DNA from: Desulfobacterales bacterium
GTDB taxonomy: Bacteria; Desulfobacterota; Desulfobacteria; Desulfobacterales; UBA5616
Direction: 5' to 3'
Assembly (NCBI GenBank): GCA_046483495.1
Contig: JAWODC010000057.1
Location: 39,062 to 103,061, forward strand
DNA length: 64,000 bases
Made by a program: the position numbers and the translations under genes. The notes beneath the pieces were generated by a model. That model saw nothing but the letters and a program-made list of their open reading frames with translations, was not told the DNA's origin and did not search any database. Shown piece after piece: positions 62,728 through 64,000 of this stretch (the first letter of the stretch is position 1; the number at the start of each line of letters is the position of its first letter).

Positions 62728-62898
62728 CTTGTTTTTGATCTTGGATATACAACCAAACCTTCCGGAAGAGGTATGGGTTTATATATTTCAAAGGAGGTGT
62801 TATCAAAAATAGGTTATGATATCTTTATCATTGAACCACCCAGTGGTGAAGGTGTTTCTTTTAAAATTGAACCAACAACCGAGACTTTGGAGGTATAA
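62728..62898 (+). pseudogene. C-terminal fragment of a histidine-kinase-type ATPase (HATPase_c)
   Basis: VFDLGYTTKPSGRGMGLYISKEVL matches the F and G2 boxes; upstream part absent. Confidence 0.7.
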
Positions 62899-62899
62899 T

Positions 62900-64000
62900 A
62901 TGGAGGGAATGGATCAATTTATGAAATTATCCGAAAAAGTAGCTAATAATTTTCTACATACTATTGTGGTAATCGATGATGAAGCTTTTTTCGGTGAGAA
63001 AATATCACCACCAGGAAAAATAGTAGAACCTGGAAAAGTAGGCATTCATAAAAGAGAAGAATATGGCGCCATAGACCTTAAAAGGACTCAACATTCATTA
63101 AATGCAAAAGAAGTGATTGATAATTTTGCATTGTATGGTAAAGTTTGTTCAGTGTTAAAACCAGAAGAAGAACAAGATTATAGCATATATAAACCAATTG
63201 CTATGAGAACTGATGCTTTTATTATTGATTGGGAAATACACAACGATAATGGGGAAGATGCAATTGCAATAATTGGCAAAATAATAGAATCTGACTTAAC
63301 CTTTGAACCAAGACTTAGATTAATAATTATATACACTGGAGAAACAGATATTGATAATATTACTCCAAAAATTAAAGCAAAACTTGATGATTACTTTGAT
63401 AGTTATGAAACTAGTAAAGATGGCGTTACTTTTATCAAAGGATATTTAAGAATCACTGTATATTTTAAAAACCGTCTGAACTTAAAACCTGAGCTTCATG
63501 ATAGAGTGATTTCTGGCGAAAATTTAGCAAAAGTCGTAAGCTTGGAATTTTCCAATATCACATCTGGATTAGTTTCCAATTTCACGTTAGAATCAATGTC
63601 AGCTTTACGAGATAATACTCATTTAATTCTAGGGAAGTTTGGACCAAAGATTGATCCACCCTTTCTTTCACATAGAGCTTTACTACCAAATCCAAACGAT
63701 GTAAAATATCACGTAATTGATTTATTGATAAATGAATATCATTCTATTCTTGAGGATTATAACGTTGGGAAGGAAGTAGAAATTGAAAGTGTAAAAGCAT
63801 GGTTAGATCATACCAATCCTCCTAATAAAGAAATTTTAATTAGAAGTAAGAAAGTGGTTATTGATAAAAAATGTATTATTGAATGGCAAGAGAAGAGTTT
63901 AGAAAAATCAAAGTGGTACAAAAATTTAAAACCGAGTGCTCAAAAAGAGATAAAGAATAATATCCATAGGCAATTAACAAATTGTTTTTGTAAAGACAAC
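62900..64000 (+). CDS. Atypical response-regulator receiver-domain protein (3' end outside window)
   Basis: GGAGG RBS; frame appears open to the window end; FLHTIVVIDDE, FIIDWE, IIIYTGE and DPPFLSHRALL; AT-rich. Confidence 0.75.
   Translation, partial: MEGMDQFMKLSEKVANNFLHTIVVIDDEAFFGEKISPPGKIVEPGKVGIHKREEYGAIDLKRTQHSLNAKEVIDNFALYGKVCSVLKPEEEQDYSIYKPIAMRTDAFIIDWEIHNDNGEDAIAIIGKIIESDLTFEPRLRLIIIYTGETDIDNITPKIKAKLDDYFDSYETSKDGVTFIKGYLRITVYFKNRLNLKPELHDRVISGENLAKVVSLEFSNITSGLVSNFTLESMSALRDNTHLILGKFGPKIDPPFLSHRALLPNPNDVKYHVIDLLINEYHSILEDYNVGKEVEIESVKAWLDHTNPPNKEILIRSKKVVIDKKCIIEWQEKSLEKSKWYKNLKPSAQKEIKNNIHRQLTNCFCKDN

Noticed and set aside
1..64000. CRISPR arrays, tRNA/rRNA genes, transposases, integrases, and inteins in rtcB/nrdD/nrdJ
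   Set aside because: None recognised by eye; the intein-prone proteins are of ordinary length with contiguous motifs.

Overview
Chromosomal window of an anaerobic bacterium that looks like a Desulfobacterota (Deltaproteobacteria) member; this is inferred from gene content, not from a marker search. It holds about 55 mostly housekeeping CDSs: hrpA 3' end, dnaJ, a CdaA-CdaR fusion, rhlB-like helicase, moeA/moeA-PBP/archease/rtcB/uppP/PMM, nrdD-nrdG with tandem NrdR boxes, ccdA cluster, proC, pilT pair, coaX-cdaR-folP-ftsH-tilS, grpE-dnaK, lpxC, ntrY/ntrX-rsmD-coaD-nrdJ, serS-thrC and a truncated pilQ. There is also a large (Alu-type) SRP RNA. The main hidden signal is UGA recoding: three genes that the ORF track splits or truncates read through an in-frame TGA followed by a SECIS-like hairpin. 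They are a HesB/IscA-like selenoprotein (18837-19148), a UxxC thioredoxin-TPR selenoprotein (42950-43522, minus), and a 49-aa single-TM candidate micro-selenoprotein (16317-16466) that I cannot assign to a family. Other oddities are a 43-bp repeat upstream of both ftsH and grpE-dnaK, an NtrX-like regulator lacking GAFTGA, and an abrupt junction near 62727 where a 5'-truncated pilQ meets an AT-rich histidine-kinase fragment plus receiver-domain gene. Product calls come from motif recognition only; no database searches were run.
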